A stretch of DNA of 56,037 bases, taken from NCBI GenBank assembly GCA_964582055.1, contig CAZOPT010000001.1:1-56037 (forward strand), given 5' to 3'. The position numbers were made by a program, and so were the translations under genes. The notes under the pieces are model-generated. The model had not been told where the DNA came from, searched no databases, and saw nothing but the letters and a program-made list of their open reading frames with translations. Numbering within the stretch: the first letter of the stretch is position 1; every line of letters starts with the position of its first letter. Source of the stretch: an uncultured Opitutales bacterium. Its GTDB lineage: Bacteria > Verrucomicrobiota > Verrucomicrobiia > Opitutales > UBA9783. Below are positions 10,630 through 20,487 of the stretch, one piece after another.

Positions 10630-11742
10630 TTACCGTTGTTGTCCTTCTTTAATGCACCAGCAAGCTTTTAAAATGGTTTCGTTTTCATCATATTGCAAAG
10701 TCTTTGTTTCAGCATTCCATAAATGTTGAATGAGTGCAAAGAAATTGGCAGCTAACATTTGTGTTGCTGAAGCAGCCACCTTGCGTTCCCAATAACCTTC
10801 TCCTAACAAGTAGACGCCATTTGAGGTTTGTGTATTTTTGCCCAGTACTAAGCCTTCAGTGTTGCCTCCAGCTTCAACAGCGAGGTCAACAACGACACTT
10901 CCAGGTTTCATAGTATTCAACATGGCCTGATTGATGATAAGCGGTGCTTTACGTCCAAAAACTTTAGCGGTTGTAATGACGATATCAGAATGAGCACAGG
11001 TTTCAAGCATGAGGGCACGTTGCCGTTCCAATTGTTCTTCTGTAAGGGCTTTGGCATAACCTTGCTGTGTACTTTCGGTTTTGCCTAAATCAATTTTTAC
11101 AAATTTTGCTCCGAGTGACTGAACTTGTTCTTCCACTTCTTGACGCGTATCAAATGCTTCGACGCGTGCTCCTAAACGTTTTGCGGTTGCAATGGCTTGT
11201 AAGCCTGCTACGCCTGCGCCAATGACAAATACGCGAGCAGCTTGCAAGGTTCCTGCTGGTGTAACCATCATCGGTAATGTTTTGGGTAAATAACGTAAGC
11301 CTTCTATAACAGATACATAGCCTGCTAAACTTGATTGTGAGCTTAGAGCATCCATTTTTTGTGCAAACGAGGTTCTTGGAATCCGTTCAAGGCTAATGAC
11401 GTTAATTTGGTTTTGTTGAAAGGCATTCAATTGTTCTGGGAAACGAAAGGTGTCAAAGAAACTGATGTGCCAAGTCTTAGGCTTCATGTGTGTGATTTCT
11501 TCAGGTTCCAGGGGTAAAACATGCAAAATAATGTCTGCAGCTTGTAAGGCTTCTTTTTTCTTGCTTGTAGAAATGATTTGTGCGCCTACTTCTAAATAGT
11601 CGTCATCAGTATGTAAGCTCTTTACTCCACATCCGCTTTCAATTTGAACAATAAAGCCCAATTGAATAAATTTTTTAACTGTATCGGGTGTTATGGTAAC
11701 TCGAGTTTCTTTTTCGCATTCTCTAGGAACAAAAATTTGCAT
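10630..11742 (-). CDS. pntAA: NAD(P) transhydrogenase alpha subunit, part 1 (soluble dI domain)
   Basis: 370 aa; IPRTSFAQKMDALSSQSSLAGY and VFVIGAGVAGLQAIATAKRLGARVEAFDTR Rossmann motif; QGYAKALTEEQ; no membrane domain. Confidence 0.8.
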   Translation of the reverse strand: MQIFVPRECEKETRVTITPDTVKKFIQLGFIVQIESGCGVKSLHTDDDYLEVGAQIISTSKKKEALQAADIILHVLPLEPEEITHMKPKTWHISFFDTFRFPEQLNAFQQNQINVISLERIPRTSFAQKMDALSSQSSLAGYVSVIEGLRYLPKTLPMMVTPAGTLQAARVFVIGAGVAGLQAIATAKRLGARVEAFDTRQEVEEQVQSLGAKFVKIDLGKTESTQQGYAKALTEEQLERQRALMLETCAHSDIVITTAKVFGRKAPLIINQAMLNTMKPGSVVVDLAVEAGGNTEGLVLGKNTQTSNGVYLLGEGYWERKVAASATQMLAANFFALIQHLWNAETKTLQYDENETILKACWCIKEGQQR

Positions 11743-11858
11743 AGTTTAATTAAATAGAGAAGCCTTTTCCCTTTTTCAATCTCTTTGTGAAAATTATTTC
11801 AAAAAAACTTGAACTTTTGTAAAATATGGTTACTTTTCTCTTTATAACATAGAATTTT

Positions 11859-12029
11859 ATGCCAAGAGAACACGTAATTATTGAGTGTAGTGAAGCGCGA
11901 AAAGAGGGCAAGCCTGTTTCTCGTTATATGACGACGCGTAATAAAAAACTTCAGCCTGAAAAAGTTGAAAAGATGAAATATAATCCTTTTTTGAGAAGAC
12001 ATACCTTGCATAAGGAAATTAAGGGTTAG
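11859..12029 (+). CDS. rpmG: 50S ribosomal protein L33
   Basis: 57-codon ORF below the ORF-track cutoff: [56 protein letters not shown], with L33 hallmarks (RY.TT.NK, KY.P..R.HTLHKE.K); followed by a terminator. Confidence 0.85.
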   Translation: MPREHVIIECSEARKEGKPVSRYMTTRNKKLQPEKVEKMKYNPFLRRHTLHKEIKG

Positions 12030-12052
12030 TTATTTTAAAACTTTAGAAAAAA

Positions 12053-12087
12053 GAACGTTCCGCAAGGAGCGTCTTTTTTGTTTTTTT
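12053..12087 (+). terminator. rho-independent terminator after rpmG
   Basis: GAACGTTCC-GCAA-GGAGCGTC hairpin (7-8 bp, one G-U) followed by TTTTTTGTTTTTTT. Confidence 0.6.
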
Positions 12088-12209
12088 CGAAATGAATTGT
12101 TTTTTATGGTTGTAAATTTTACTTTAAAAAAAGGGTTGACTTTATAAGAGAAATGCTCGACTATAAGGACACATTAATTTTGGTTAAAAGCCAAAAGTGG
12201 ATGAGAGAT

Positions 12210-12285
<76 letters not shown>

Positions 12286-12316
12286 TTAATCGATGATTTA
12301 TTAATATAGATTTGAT

Positions 12317-13507
12317 ATGGCTAAAGAAACCTTCACAAGATCAAAACCTCACGTAAACGTGGGAACAATCGGTCACGTCGACCATGGAAAAACAACATTG
12401 ACAACGTCAATTCTTAAGGTTCAAGCAGACAAGGGATTGGCAGAGGTCAAAACTTATGCAGATATTGCTAAAGGGGGAACCGTTCGCGATGCTTCCAAGA
12501 TCGTTACGATTGCTGTTGCTCACGTGGAATATGAAACAGACACACGTCACTATGCACACGTAGACTGTCCAGGTCACGCAGACTTCGTAAAAAACATGAT
12601 TACAGGTGCTGCTCAAATGGATGGGGCTATCTTGGTTGTTAGTGCCTATGATGGACCGATGCCTCAAACGCGCGAGCACATTTTGTTGGCTCGTCAGGTG
12701 GGTGTTCCTAATATTGTTGTTTTCTTGAATAAAGTAGACTTGGTAGACGATCCAGAATTGTTGGATTTGGTTGAAATGGAAGTTCGTGACCTTTTGAAGA
12801 AATACGAATACAAAGGTGATGATATTACTGTTGTTCGTGGATCTGCTTTGGGTGCTTTGGAAGGAAAGTCAGAATGGGTTAAATCTGTTTCTGATTTGTT
12901 AGATGCAGTTGATCGTGATATTCCTGTTCCGGAACATGATTTAGATAAGCCTTTCTTAATGTCTATTGAAGATGTATTCAGCATTACAGGACGTGGAACG
13001 GTTGTAACCGGGCGTATTGAACGTGGTTGCATCAAGGTTGGTGATACTGTTGAAATCGTTGGATTAGCAGAAACTCGTTCGACAACCTGTACTGGTGTTG
13101 AAATGTTCCATAAGTTGTTGGATCAAGGTCAAGCAGGAGATAATGTTGGTGTCTTATTGAGAGGTATTGAAAAGAAGGATGTTGAACGTGGGCAGGTATT
13201 GGCAAAGCCAGGTTCGATTACGCCTCATACTAAAGCTAAAGCTGAGATTTATGTTTTGACTAAGGATGAAGGTGGTCGCCATACCCCATTCTTTAAGGGA
13301 TATCGTCCTCAATTCTTCTTTGGTACTGCAGATGTTACCGGTATTTGTGAGTTGCCAGATGGTGTTGAAATGGTAATGCCAGGAGACAACTTAGGAATTA
13401 CAATTGAGTTGGGCAAAGCTGTCGCTATGGAAAAAGGTCAACGTTTCGCTATGCGTGAAGGTGGCCGTACGATTGGCGCTGGTCGTATTGTTGAAGTTAT
13501 TGCTTAA
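12317..13507 (+). CDS. tuf: translation elongation factor Tu
   Basis: 396 aa; [21 protein letters not shown] GTPase motifs; full-length canonical EF-Tu. Confidence 0.98.
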   Translation: MAKETFTRSKPHVNVGTIGHVDHGKTTLTTSILKVQADKGLAEVKTYADIAKGGTVRDASKIVTIAVAHVEYETDTRHYAHVDCPGHADFVKNMITGAAQMDGAILVVSAYDGPMPQTREHILLARQVGVPNIVVFLNKVDLVDDPELLDLVEMEVRDLLKKYEYKGDDITVVRGSALGALEGKSEWVKSVSDLLDAVDRDIPVPEHDLDKPFLMSIEDVFSITGRGTVVTGRIERGCIKVGDTVEIVGLAETRSTTCTGVEMFHKLLDQGQAGDNVGVLLRGIEKKDVERGQVLAKPGSITPHTKAKAEIYVLTKDEGGRHTPFFKGYRPQFFFGTADVTGICELPDGVEMVMPGDNLGITIELGKAVAMEKGQRFAMREGGRTIGAGRIVEVIA

Positions 13508-13525
13508 TTGTAAAAAAATAAAAAA

Positions 13526-13570
13526 CGGGGTGTTTTTTCGTTGACAAAGTGAAAACATCCCGAAATTTTT
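13526..13570 (+). terminator. hairpin/terminator after tuf
   Basis: CGGGGTGTTTT (13526-13536) pairs with AAAACATCCCG (13552-13562), followed by AAATTTTT; a TTGACA hexamer (13541-13546) sits in the loop. Confidence 0.4.
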
Positions 13571-13585
13571 ATTGTAAGGAAATGT

Positions 13586-13661
13586 AGGAGAATGGCGCAA
13601 TTGGTAGCGCAGCGGTCTCCAAAACCGTCGGTTGGGGGTTCGAGTCCCTCTTCTCCTGCCA
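13586..13661 (+). tRNA. tRNA-Trp (anticodon CCA)
   Basis: Acceptor AGGAGAA/TTCTCCT, anticodon loop CTCCAAA, T-loop GGTTCGAGTCC, encoded CCA. Confidence 0.9.
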
Positions 13662-13677
13662 AAAACCTAAGAAGATT

Positions 13678-13881
13678 ATGAAGATTTTTAAGAAAATTAG
13701 AATATTCGCACGTGAAATGGTGGAAGAATTAAGAAAAGCTTCATGGCCTAATTGGCGTGAATTGCGGGAGTCCACCATTGCTGTTATACTGGGCATTATT
13801 TTTTTAGGTGTTTTTGTTAGTTTGGTAGATTTTTCATTGTTTCAAATTGTGGATCTATTAATGCATTGTGTAAGCCGTTAA
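13678..13881 (+). CDS. secE: preprotein translocase subunit SecE
   Basis: 67 aa; ELRKASWPNWRE motif followed by a single TM helix; canonical position before nusG. Confidence 0.85.
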   Translation: MKIFKKIRIFAREMVEELRKASWPNWRELRESTIAVILGIIFLGVFVSLVDFSLFQIVDLLMHCVSR

Positions 13882-13896
13882 TTAATAAGTTAGAAA

Positions 13897-14472
13897 ATGT
13901 CGAATTTAGAGTCCAAGGGTAATTATAAGTGGTATGCAGTTCAGACGGCTTCCAATCAGGAGTTAAAAATTAAGCGCCATTTGGATCGTTTTGTGGGTCC
14001 GGAAGGTTTTGGAGATTTTATTAAAACTGTTTTAGTACCTACCAAAACAGTGGTTGAAGTAAAAAATGGTAGGAAGACAAGCAAAGTTCGGAAGTTTTAT
14101 CCTGGCTATGTTTTCTTGTTTATGGAGTTATACGATGAGGCAGGCGAGCTTTTACAGCCGGTTGCTTCGTACGTAAAAAATGTTCAAGGAGTTCTCAATT
14201 TTATGGGTGGTGATAAACCGATTGCATTGAGACAGTCTGAAGTTGATGGTATTTTGGGTCAAGTTCAGGCGACACAAGGCAAGAAGGTTTTGAAGGTTGC
14301 CTTTGAAGTTGGTGAGTCCGTTAAGATTACTGATGGTCCGTTTTTGAATTTGTCGGGAATGATAGATGAGGTGGATCCAGAACGTGGTAAACTTAAGGTT
14401 TCGGTTTCGATTTTTGGACGTTTTACTCCAGTTGAATTGGAATATTGGCAAGTAGAAAAAGACGAACGATAA
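13897..14472 (+). CDS. nusG: transcription termination/antitermination factor NusG
   Basis: 191 aa; KWYAVQT NGN start, YPGYVF, KOW motif [11 protein letters not shown]. Confidence 0.95.
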   Translation: MSNLESKGNYKWYAVQTASNQELKIKRHLDRFVGPEGFGDFIKTVLVPTKTVVEVKNGRKTSKVRKFYPGYVFLFMELYDEAGELLQPVASYVKNVQGVLNFMGGDKPIALRQSEVDGILGQVQATQGKKVLKVAFEVGESVKITDGPFLNLSGMIDEVDPERGKLKVSVSIFGRFTPVELEYWQVEKDER

Positions 14473-14484
14473 AGGAGAGTCATT

Positions 14485-14913
14485 ATGGCGACAAAAAAAG
14501 TAATTGGTGAAATAAGGCTGCAGTTGCCTGCGGGTGCTGCGAATCCTGCGCCTCCGGTTGGTCCAGCTTTGGGCGCTAAGGGTGTAAATATTATGGGCTT
14601 TTGTAAGGAGTTTAATGCTCGTACAAAAGATCAGGCAGGCTTAATTATTCCTGTAGTAATTACGGTTTATGCAGATAAATCGTTTACGTTTATTTTAAAA
14701 ACTCCACCGGCATCAGTTTTATTGTGTAAGGCTGCTGGAATCCAAAAAGGATCGGGTGAACCCAATAAGAATAAAGTTGGATCAGTAACGCGCAAGCAAT
14801 TGGAAGAGATTGCAACGACGAAAATGGCTGACTTAAATGCTTCAAGTGTTGAGCATGCTGCCAGGATGATTGCTGGAACTGCGCGTAGTATGGGAATTCA
14901 AATTGTAGATTGA
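14485..14913 (+). CDS. rplK: 50S ribosomal protein L11
   Basis: 142 aa; [30 protein letters not shown]; strong AAAGGAG SD. Confidence 0.97.
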   Translation: MATKKVIGEIRLQLPAGAANPAPPVGPALGAKGVNIMGFCKEFNARTKDQAGLIIPVVITVYADKSFTFILKTPPASVLLCKAAGIQKGSGEPNKNKVGSVTRKQLEEIATTKMADLNASSVEHAARMIAGTARSMGIQIVD

Positions 14914-14927
14914 GTGGAGAGAAAAGC

Positions 14928-15620
14928 ATGAAAATTCACAGTAAACGTTATCGTTCAGCTTTGGAGCAATTGGATGCAGGAAAAACCTATGAATTGATGC
15001 CTGCTTTAGAAGCTTTATTAAAATTGCCAGCTCCTAAATTCGATGAAACCGTTGAATTAGCTTTACATTTGGCTGTTGATCCTCGTCAAAGTGATCAAAT
15101 GGTTCGCGGAATTGTTCAATTGCCACATGGGAATGGTAAGGAAGTTCGTATTATTGTTTTCACTAGTAGGCCAGAAGAAGCTCTAAAAGCGGGTGCTCGC
15201 GAGGCAGGTATGGCTGAATTGATGGAAAAGATCAAAGGTGGCTGGCTTGATTTTGATGTTGCTGTTGCAACAACAGAAGCCATGAAAGAAGTAAAGGTAC
15301 TTGCACGTATTTTAGGTCCTAAAGGCTTAATGCCAAGCCCAAAAGCTGGTACTGTTACCGAGGATGTGGTTGGTTGCGTTGAAGCTTTGAAAAAGGGACG
15401 TGTTGAGTTTAAAATGGACAAGTCGGCAAACATTCAATTAGGTATTGGAAAGCGTTCTTTTGGTGTTGAAAAACTTAAAGAAAATGCAGAAGCTGCTTTA
15501 GAAGCAATTAAGCATGCACGCCCATCTGTTTTTCGTGGAAAATTTGTACTTGGAGCTGCTGTTTCTGCAACCATGAGTCCAAGTTTGATATTACACGAAA
15601 GTTTGTTTGCTAAGTTTTAA
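14928..15620 (+). CDS. rplA: 50S ribosomal protein L1
   Basis: Canonical L1 (MKIHSKRYRSA...); ATG 14928 preceded by GGAGAG. The ORF-track TTG at 14910 overlaps the rplK stop and adds 6 residues, which is less likely. Confidence 0.93.
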   Translation: MKIHSKRYRSALEQLDAGKTYELMPALEALLKLPAPKFDETVELALHLAVDPRQSDQMVRGIVQLPHGNGKEVRIIVFTSRPEEALKAGAREAGMAELMEKIKGGWLDFDVAVATTEAMKEVKVLARILGPKGLMPSPKAGTVTEDVVGCVEALKKGRVEFKMDKSANIQLGIGKRSFGVEKLKENAEAALEAIKHARPSVFRGKFVLGAAVSATMSPSLILHESLFAKF

Positions 15621-15637
15621 TAGCGGAGGGAATTTAA

Positions 15638-16150
15638 ATGAGAATAGAAAAAACGTTTTTATTGAATGAAGTTTCCAATAAGGTTAAAGAATCAAATTTT
15701 TTGTATTTGGTTGATTTTAACCGCTTAACCGTAAGCGAAACGGCAGAATTACGTAAGGCTTTAGCGGCGGAAGGAGCCCAATTTCATGTTGTTCAAAATA
15801 CGCTTTTGCGTAAGATTGGTGAGCAACTAGATTGGCCTTCTTTTACGCAATGGTTAACAGGTCAAACCGGTATTGTTTTTGGTGGAAACAATCCTTCTGG
15901 TGTTGCGAAGATTTTATTAAAGTTCGCTAAGGATAATGAAAAGTTACCTACTAAAGGCGGTTTGATGGATGGTCAGTTGTACGATGTTGCGGCATTAGAA
16001 GCACTTTCGAAGTTGCCAGATTTGCCAACATTACGTGCAACTTTGTTGTCGTTGATGTTAACACCTTATCGTCAATGTCTCTATGTCATGCAAGGTGTTC
16101 CGCAATCTTTGTTGAACGTTTTAAAGGCTTACGAAGATAAGAATAAATAA
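15638..16150 (+). CDS. rplJ: 50S ribosomal protein L10
   Basis: 170 aa; L10-like sequence and position between rplA and rplL. Confidence 0.92.
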   Translation: MRIEKTFLLNEVSNKVKESNFLYLVDFNRLTVSETAELRKALAAEGAQFHVVQNTLLRKIGEQLDWPSFTQWLTGQTGIVFGGNNPSGVAKILLKFAKDNEKLPTKGGLMDGQLYDVAALEALSKLPDLPTLRATLLSLMLTPYRQCLYVMQGVPQSLLNVLKAYEDKNK

Positions 16151-16153
16151 CAA

Positions 16154-16203
16154 TTTTCAGGTCAGGTTAGGGAGGGCTACCTCCTTAAACGCTTCGTCTG
16201 AAA
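16154..16203 (+). other. structured rplJ-rplL spacer (nested hairpins)
   Basis: Inner 8-bp stem TAGGGAGG/CCTCCTTA with GCTA loop (16168-16187), enclosed by TTTCAG/CTGAAA (16155-16160 / 16198-16203); no T-run. Confidence 0.3.
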
Positions 16204-16239
16204 TTAGAAGATGAATACTAATCTGTTCTAGGAGGAATC

Positions 16240-16620
16240 ATGAGTGATATAACAAAAGATCAAGTAATTGAATGGTTGAGCAATCAATCGGTTTTGGAAA
16301 TCGCAGGTCTTGTAAAAGATCTCGAAGAAAAGTGGGGCGTAAGTGCTGCTGCTCCGGTTGCTGTTGCTGCCGCTGCACCTGCTGAAGCTGCTGCTGCCGC
16401 TGAAGAAAAGACTGAATTTGATGTTATTTTGGTGGACGCTGGATCCAGCAAAATTAACGTTATTAAGGAAGTTCGTGCTCTTACCGGTTTGGGTTTAATT
16501 GAAGCTAAAGGTTTAGTTGAAGGTACGCCAAAACCTGTAAAAGAAGGGGTTAGCAAGCAAGAAGCCGAAGAAATAAAGGCTAAACTTGAAGCTGCTGGTG
16601 CTAAGATTGAATTGAAATAA
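16240..16620 (+). CDS. rplL: 50S ribosomal protein L7/L12
   Basis: 126 aa; Ala-rich hinge, C-terminal [22 protein letters not shown] and [12 protein letters not shown]; AGGAGG SD. Confidence 0.97.
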   Translation: MSDITKDQVIEWLSNQSVLEIAGLVKDLEEKWGVSAAAPVAVAAAAPAEAAAAAEEKTEFDVILVDAGSSKINVIKEVRALTGLGLIEAKGLVEGTPKPVKEGVSKQEAEEIKAKLEAAGAKIELK

Positions 16621-16638
16621 GTTCATTTTAACGCGTAA

Positions 16639-16673
16639 AACGAGGATGGGTTGGGAGAAAAAATCCTTGTTTT
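16639..16673 (+). terminator. putative rplL-rpoB attenuator hairpin
   Basis: AACGAGGAT / ATCCTTGTT 9-bp stem (one G-U), 15-nt loop, short TTTT run, 13 nt before rpoB. Confidence 0.35.
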
Positions 16674-16685
16674 AGGTTCCTATTT

Positions 16686-19600
16686 ATGTCAAATCGTATC
16701 AATTTTGGAAAAATAAAAGAAGTGGTTCCGCCACCCGATTTAATAGGTTTGCAGTTGGCGTCCTACCGGGAATTTTTGCAAGCCGATGTACCTCCTAGTC
16801 AAAGGAAAAAGATAGGTTTAGAATCTGTTTTTCAGGAGATTTTCCCTATAGAAAGTTATGACAATAAGTGTCGGTTGGAATATGTTTCTTACCAATTGAT
16901 TGAACCAAAGTTGTCAGATTATGATTGCATTCGTGACGGAACAACCTATGCGGTTTCTTTGTATGTTAATTTGCGTTTAAAAACAGAGGAAAGTGTACAA
17001 GAGAGCGAAATTTACATGGGTGAAATTCCGTTGATGACGCCACGTGCTTCTTTTATTGTTAATGGAGCCGAAAGAGTCATTGTTAGTCAATTGCATCGTT
17101 CGCCTGGTATTTGTTTTGAGCAAGAGATGCATACGACAGGAAGAAATTTATATTCGTTTCGTATTATTCCTGATCGTGGTACGTGGATTGAAGTTCAATT
17201 TGATCCCAATGATTTGTTGTATGTTTACTTAGATCGTCGTCGTCGCCGTCGTCGTTTCTTGATTACAACTTTTTTACGTGCATTGGGTTTTAGTAGTGAC
17301 ATTGATATTTTAAATTTATTTTATAAGCCCGAAACCTTTTCTGTTGCTGACTTGTTAGGGAAGGAGGATCTTTCAGGTTATATCTTGGTGGAAGATGTTG
17401 TTGATGCACAAAAAGGACTTGTTTTAGCGCGTGCATTTGAACCTGTTACTAAGACTGTTTTGCAAAGTTTTCAGGAATCGGGTATTGAGACCGTTTTGGT
17501 GGTGGATAGTAGCAGTGATGATGGTGTTATCATTCGTTGTTTAAAGAAAGATGTGGCACCAAATGAAGAAGAAGCTTTGCGTGATATTTTTAAACGCTTG
17601 CGTCCTGGGGATCCGGCTACTTTACAAAATGCAAGAACCTTCTTTAAGCGTTTGTTTTTTGATGAGAAACGTTACGATTTAAGTCGTGTAGGACGTTATC
17701 GTTTAAATGAAAAATTTGGTGAATCTACATCGCTTAACAAACGTTTATTACAGCCGAGTGACATTGTTGCAGCAACACGTTATTTGTGTGGTTTGCGTAA
17801 AGGTTTAGGTTTGGTGGATGATATCGATCATTTGGGAAGTCGTCGCGTACGTCCTGTTGGAGAATTGTTATATCATCAATGTCGTTTGGGGTTGTCTCGT
17901 ACAGAGCGTATTGTTCGTGAACGCATGGCGCTTTATGATCAGACGGTTGATGCAGTTACTCCGCAACGTTTGATGAACACAAAAGCTTTGTCTACAGTTG
18001 TTCGTGACTTTTTTGCACGTAGCCAATTGTCTCAGTTAATGGATCAAATTAATCCATTGGCAGAATTGACTCATAAGCGGCGTTTATCGGCTTTAGGACC
18101 TGGAGGTCTTAATCGTGATCGTGCAGGTTTGGAAGTTCGTGACGTTCATGCTTCGCATTATGGTCGTATTTGTCCGATTGAGACGCCTGAAGGACCGAAT
18201 ATTGGTTTGATCAATTCCTTAACAACATACGCGCGTGTAAATGAATTTGGGTTTATTGAAACGCCTTATCGTTTAGTTCGTAAGGGTGTTGTTACGGATG
18301 AAGTTCACTATTTAACGGCAGAGCAAGAAGAGCGTGAGGTTGTTGCTCAAGCTAATTCTAAGATGGACGAAAAAGGTCATTTAGAAGGTCGCGTTACAGC
18401 TCGTAAACGTTTTGAAGTGGTTGAAGTGGATCCTAAGGAAGTAACTTACATGGATGTTTCGCCGAAACAATTGATTTCGGTTGCAACAGGTTTAATTCCT
18501 TTCTTAGAGCATGACGATGCGAGCCGTGCTTTGATGGGTTCAAACATGCAACGTCAGGGTGTTCCTTTGTTGAAGGCACAAGCTCCTTTAGTTGGAACAG
18601 GTTTAGAAGAGAAAGTGGCACGTGACTCAAGAACGATTTTGATATCGGAGTCTGATGGTATTGTAGCTGCTGTTGATGGTAAGCATATTATAGTTACTTC
18701 GGATGGTAAAATGCCGATGGTTCGTGGCGATAAAATGCTTAAGACGGATGCTAAGAAAGGTATTTATGTTTACCATTTGTATAAGTTTGTTCGTTCCAAT
18801 GCGACAACTTGTTTTAATCAGAAACCTTTAGTAAAATTAGGAGAACGGGTAAAGGCAGGGCAAGTATTGGCGGATGGTGCTGCAACAGAAAATGGTGAAT
18901 TGGCTTTAGGAAGCAATGTTTTAGTCGCTTATATGCCTTGGAATGGGTACAATTTTGAGGATGCTATTATTTTGAGTGAGCGCGTTGTTACAGAAGATGT
19001 TTTCACCTCGATTCATATTGAAGAGTATGAAGTGGTAGCTCGTGATACAAAGTTAGGAGCTGAAGAAATTACGCGTGATATTCCAAATGTAGGTGAAGAA
19101 GCTCTTAAAAATTTGGATCGAAACGGTATTGTTCGTGTTGGTTCAGAAGTGTATCCGGGTGATATTTTAGTTGGAAAGATTACGCCAAAAAGTGAGACAG
19201 AATTGGCTCCAGAAGAGAAGTTATTGCGTGCAATTTTTGGTGAAAAAGCTGCAGATATTAAAGATTCTTCGATGTTGGCGCCTCCAGGGTGTACGGGTAT
19301 TGTAATGGATGTCCGTACTTCAACTCATGCAGATAAAAGTGATGGGGAAGATGTTTCTGATTTGGTGGATCGTCGTCGTCAACTTAAGAAAATTACTGAA
19401 GAGCAGCGTGCTGCTAAGGAAAATTTGCGCGAAAGCTTAACGGAAGCCTTGTCAAATGTGCTTTTGGGTGAGAAGATCCCGTTAGATATTACGAATGGTG
19501 AGACAGGTGAGATTCTTATTCCTGCTAATCGTAAGATTACAAAGACTTTATTACGTAAGTTGGCTTCTGTTCCAGATCAGTTAGAAGTGGAGCAGTCACC

Positions 19601-20483
19601 TGTTCGTATTAAAATTTTTGAAATTGTTGGTCAATTTAAAAAACAATTTGAGGCGTTAGAGCAGGATTATGAGGCCAAAATTCAACGTTTGGATGAGGAA
19701 GAAGAAAATACCGGTGTTATTAAGAGTGTTAAGGTTTTAATTGCAGTTAAACGTAAAATTCAAGTGGGAGATAAGATGGCAGGCCGTCACGGTAACAAGG
19801 GTGTTGTTTCGCGTGTGGTACCGGTTCAAGATATGCCATTTTTAGCTGATGGAACCCCTGTTGATATTATCTTGAATCCATTAGGTGTTCCTAGCCGCAT
19901 GAATATTGGTCAGGTTTTAGAAACACACTTAGGTTGGGCTTGTAAATTGCTTGGTTTGAAAGTTTCAACGCCAGTGTTTGATGGTGTTTCAGAGTTAACC
20001 ATTCGTGAATTTTTACAAAAGGCAAATTTACCTGAAAGTGGTAAGATTACCTTGTATGATGGTTGTACCGGTGATGCATTTGCTCAAAAAGTTGTGGTTG
20101 GTTGTACCTACATGATGAAGTTGAATCATTTGGTTGCAAATAAAATTCACGCACGTGCGGTTGGTCCTTACAGTTTGATTACGCAACAACCATTGGGTGG
20201 TAAAGCGCAATATGGTGGTCAGCGTTTTGGTGAAATGGAAGTTTGGGCTTTGGAAGCTTACGGTGCTGCTTACTCCTTGCAAGAATTGTTGACGGTTAAG
20301 TCAGACGATGTTCAAGGTCGTACGCGTGTTTATGAATCGATCGTTAAAGGTTATCATTCGTTGCAAGCGGGTATTCCTCAATCGTTTAATGTTTTAGTGA
20401 AAGAAATGCAAGGTTTGTGTTTGGATGTTAAATTGGAATCTAAACAGCAACAGTTTTTTGAAGATGTAAACCTCCAGGAATAA
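16686..20483 (+). CDS. rpoB: DNA-directed RNA polymerase subunit beta
   Basis: 1265 aa; [47 protein letters not shown]. Confidence 0.98.
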   Translation: MSNRINFGKIKEVVPPPDLIGLQLASYREFLQADVPPSQRKKIGLESVFQEIFPIESYDNKCRLEYVSYQLIEPKLSDYDCIRDGTTYAVSLYVNLRLKTEESVQESEIYMGEIPLMTPRASFIVNGAERVIVSQLHRSPGICFEQEMHTTGRNLYSFRIIPDRGTWIEVQFDPNDLLYVYLDRRRRRRRFLITTFLRALGFSSDIDILNLFYKPETFSVADLLGKEDLSGYILVEDVVDAQKGLVLARAFEPVTKTVLQSFQESGIETVLVVDSSSDDGVIIRCLKKDVAPNEEEALRDIFKRLRPGDPATLQNARTFFKRLFFDEKRYDLSRVGRYRLNEKFGESTSLNKRLLQPSDIVAATRYLCGLRKGLGLVDDIDHLGSRRVRPVGELLYHQCRLGLSRTERIVRERMALYDQTVDAVTPQRLMNTKALSTVVRDFFARSQLSQLMDQINPLAELTHKRRLSALGPGGLNRDRAGLEVRDVHASHYGRICPIETPEGPNIGLINSLTTYARVNEFGFIETPYRLVRKGVVTDEVHYLTAEQEEREVVAQANSKMDEKGHLEGRVTARKRFEVVEVDPKEVTYMDVSPKQLISVATGLIPFLEHDDASRALMGSNMQRQGVPLLKAQAPLVGTGLEEKVARDSRTILISESDGIVAAVDGKHIIVTSDGKMPMVRGDKMLKTDAKKGIYVYHLYKFVRSNATTCFNQKPLVKLGERVKAGQVLADGAATENGELALGSNVLVAYMPWNGYNFEDAIILSERVVTEDVFTSIHIEEYEVVARDTKLGAEEITRDIPNVGEEALKNLDRNGIVRVGSEVYPGDILVGKITPKSETELAPEEKLLRAIFGEKAADIKDSSMLAPPGCTGIVMDVRTSTHADKSDGEDVSDLVDRRRQLKKITEEQRAAKENLRESLTEALSNVLLGEKIPLDITNGETGEILIPANRKITKTLLRKLASVPDQLEVEQSPVRIKIFEIVGQFKKQFEALEQDYEAKIQRLDEEEENTGVIKSVKVLIAVKRKIQVGDKMAGRHGNKGVVSRVVPVQDMPFLADGTPVDIILNPLGVPSRMNIGQVLETHLGWACKLLGLKVSTPVFDGVSELTIREFLQKANLPESGKITLYDGCTGDAFAQKVVVGCTYMMKLNHLVANKIHARAVGPYSLITQQPLGGKAQYGGQRFGEMEVWALEAYGAAYSLQELLTVKSDDVQGRTRVYESIVKGYHSLQAGIPQSFNVLVKEMQGLCLDVKLESKQQQFFEDVNLQE
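17235..17255 (+). repeat. (CGT/CGC)x7 trinucleotide tract encoding Arg7 within rpoB
   Basis: cgtcgtcgtcgccgtcgtcgt read directly; translates DRRRRRRRF. Confidence 0.9.
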
Positions 20484-20487
20484 TTAT

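Noticed and set aside
11799-12011. 70-aa minus-strand ORF from the track
   Set aside because: It is antisense to a plus-strand 56-aa ORF that reads as a textbook L33 (rpmG). The minus-strand translation has no recognisable features.
12136-12168. TTGACT upstream of tRNA-Thr/tuf as a promoter
   Set aside because: The best -10 (TATAAG) is 21 nt away, and the 17-nt-spaced hexamer GACTAT is poor. It was not reported as a feature.
13569-13796. 75-aa minus-strand ORF
   Set aside because: It overlaps tRNA-Trp and secE on the opposite strand and is spurious.
16344-16402. GCT-rich low-complexity tract in rplL
   Set aside because: It is the normal Ala-rich flexible hinge of L7/L12.
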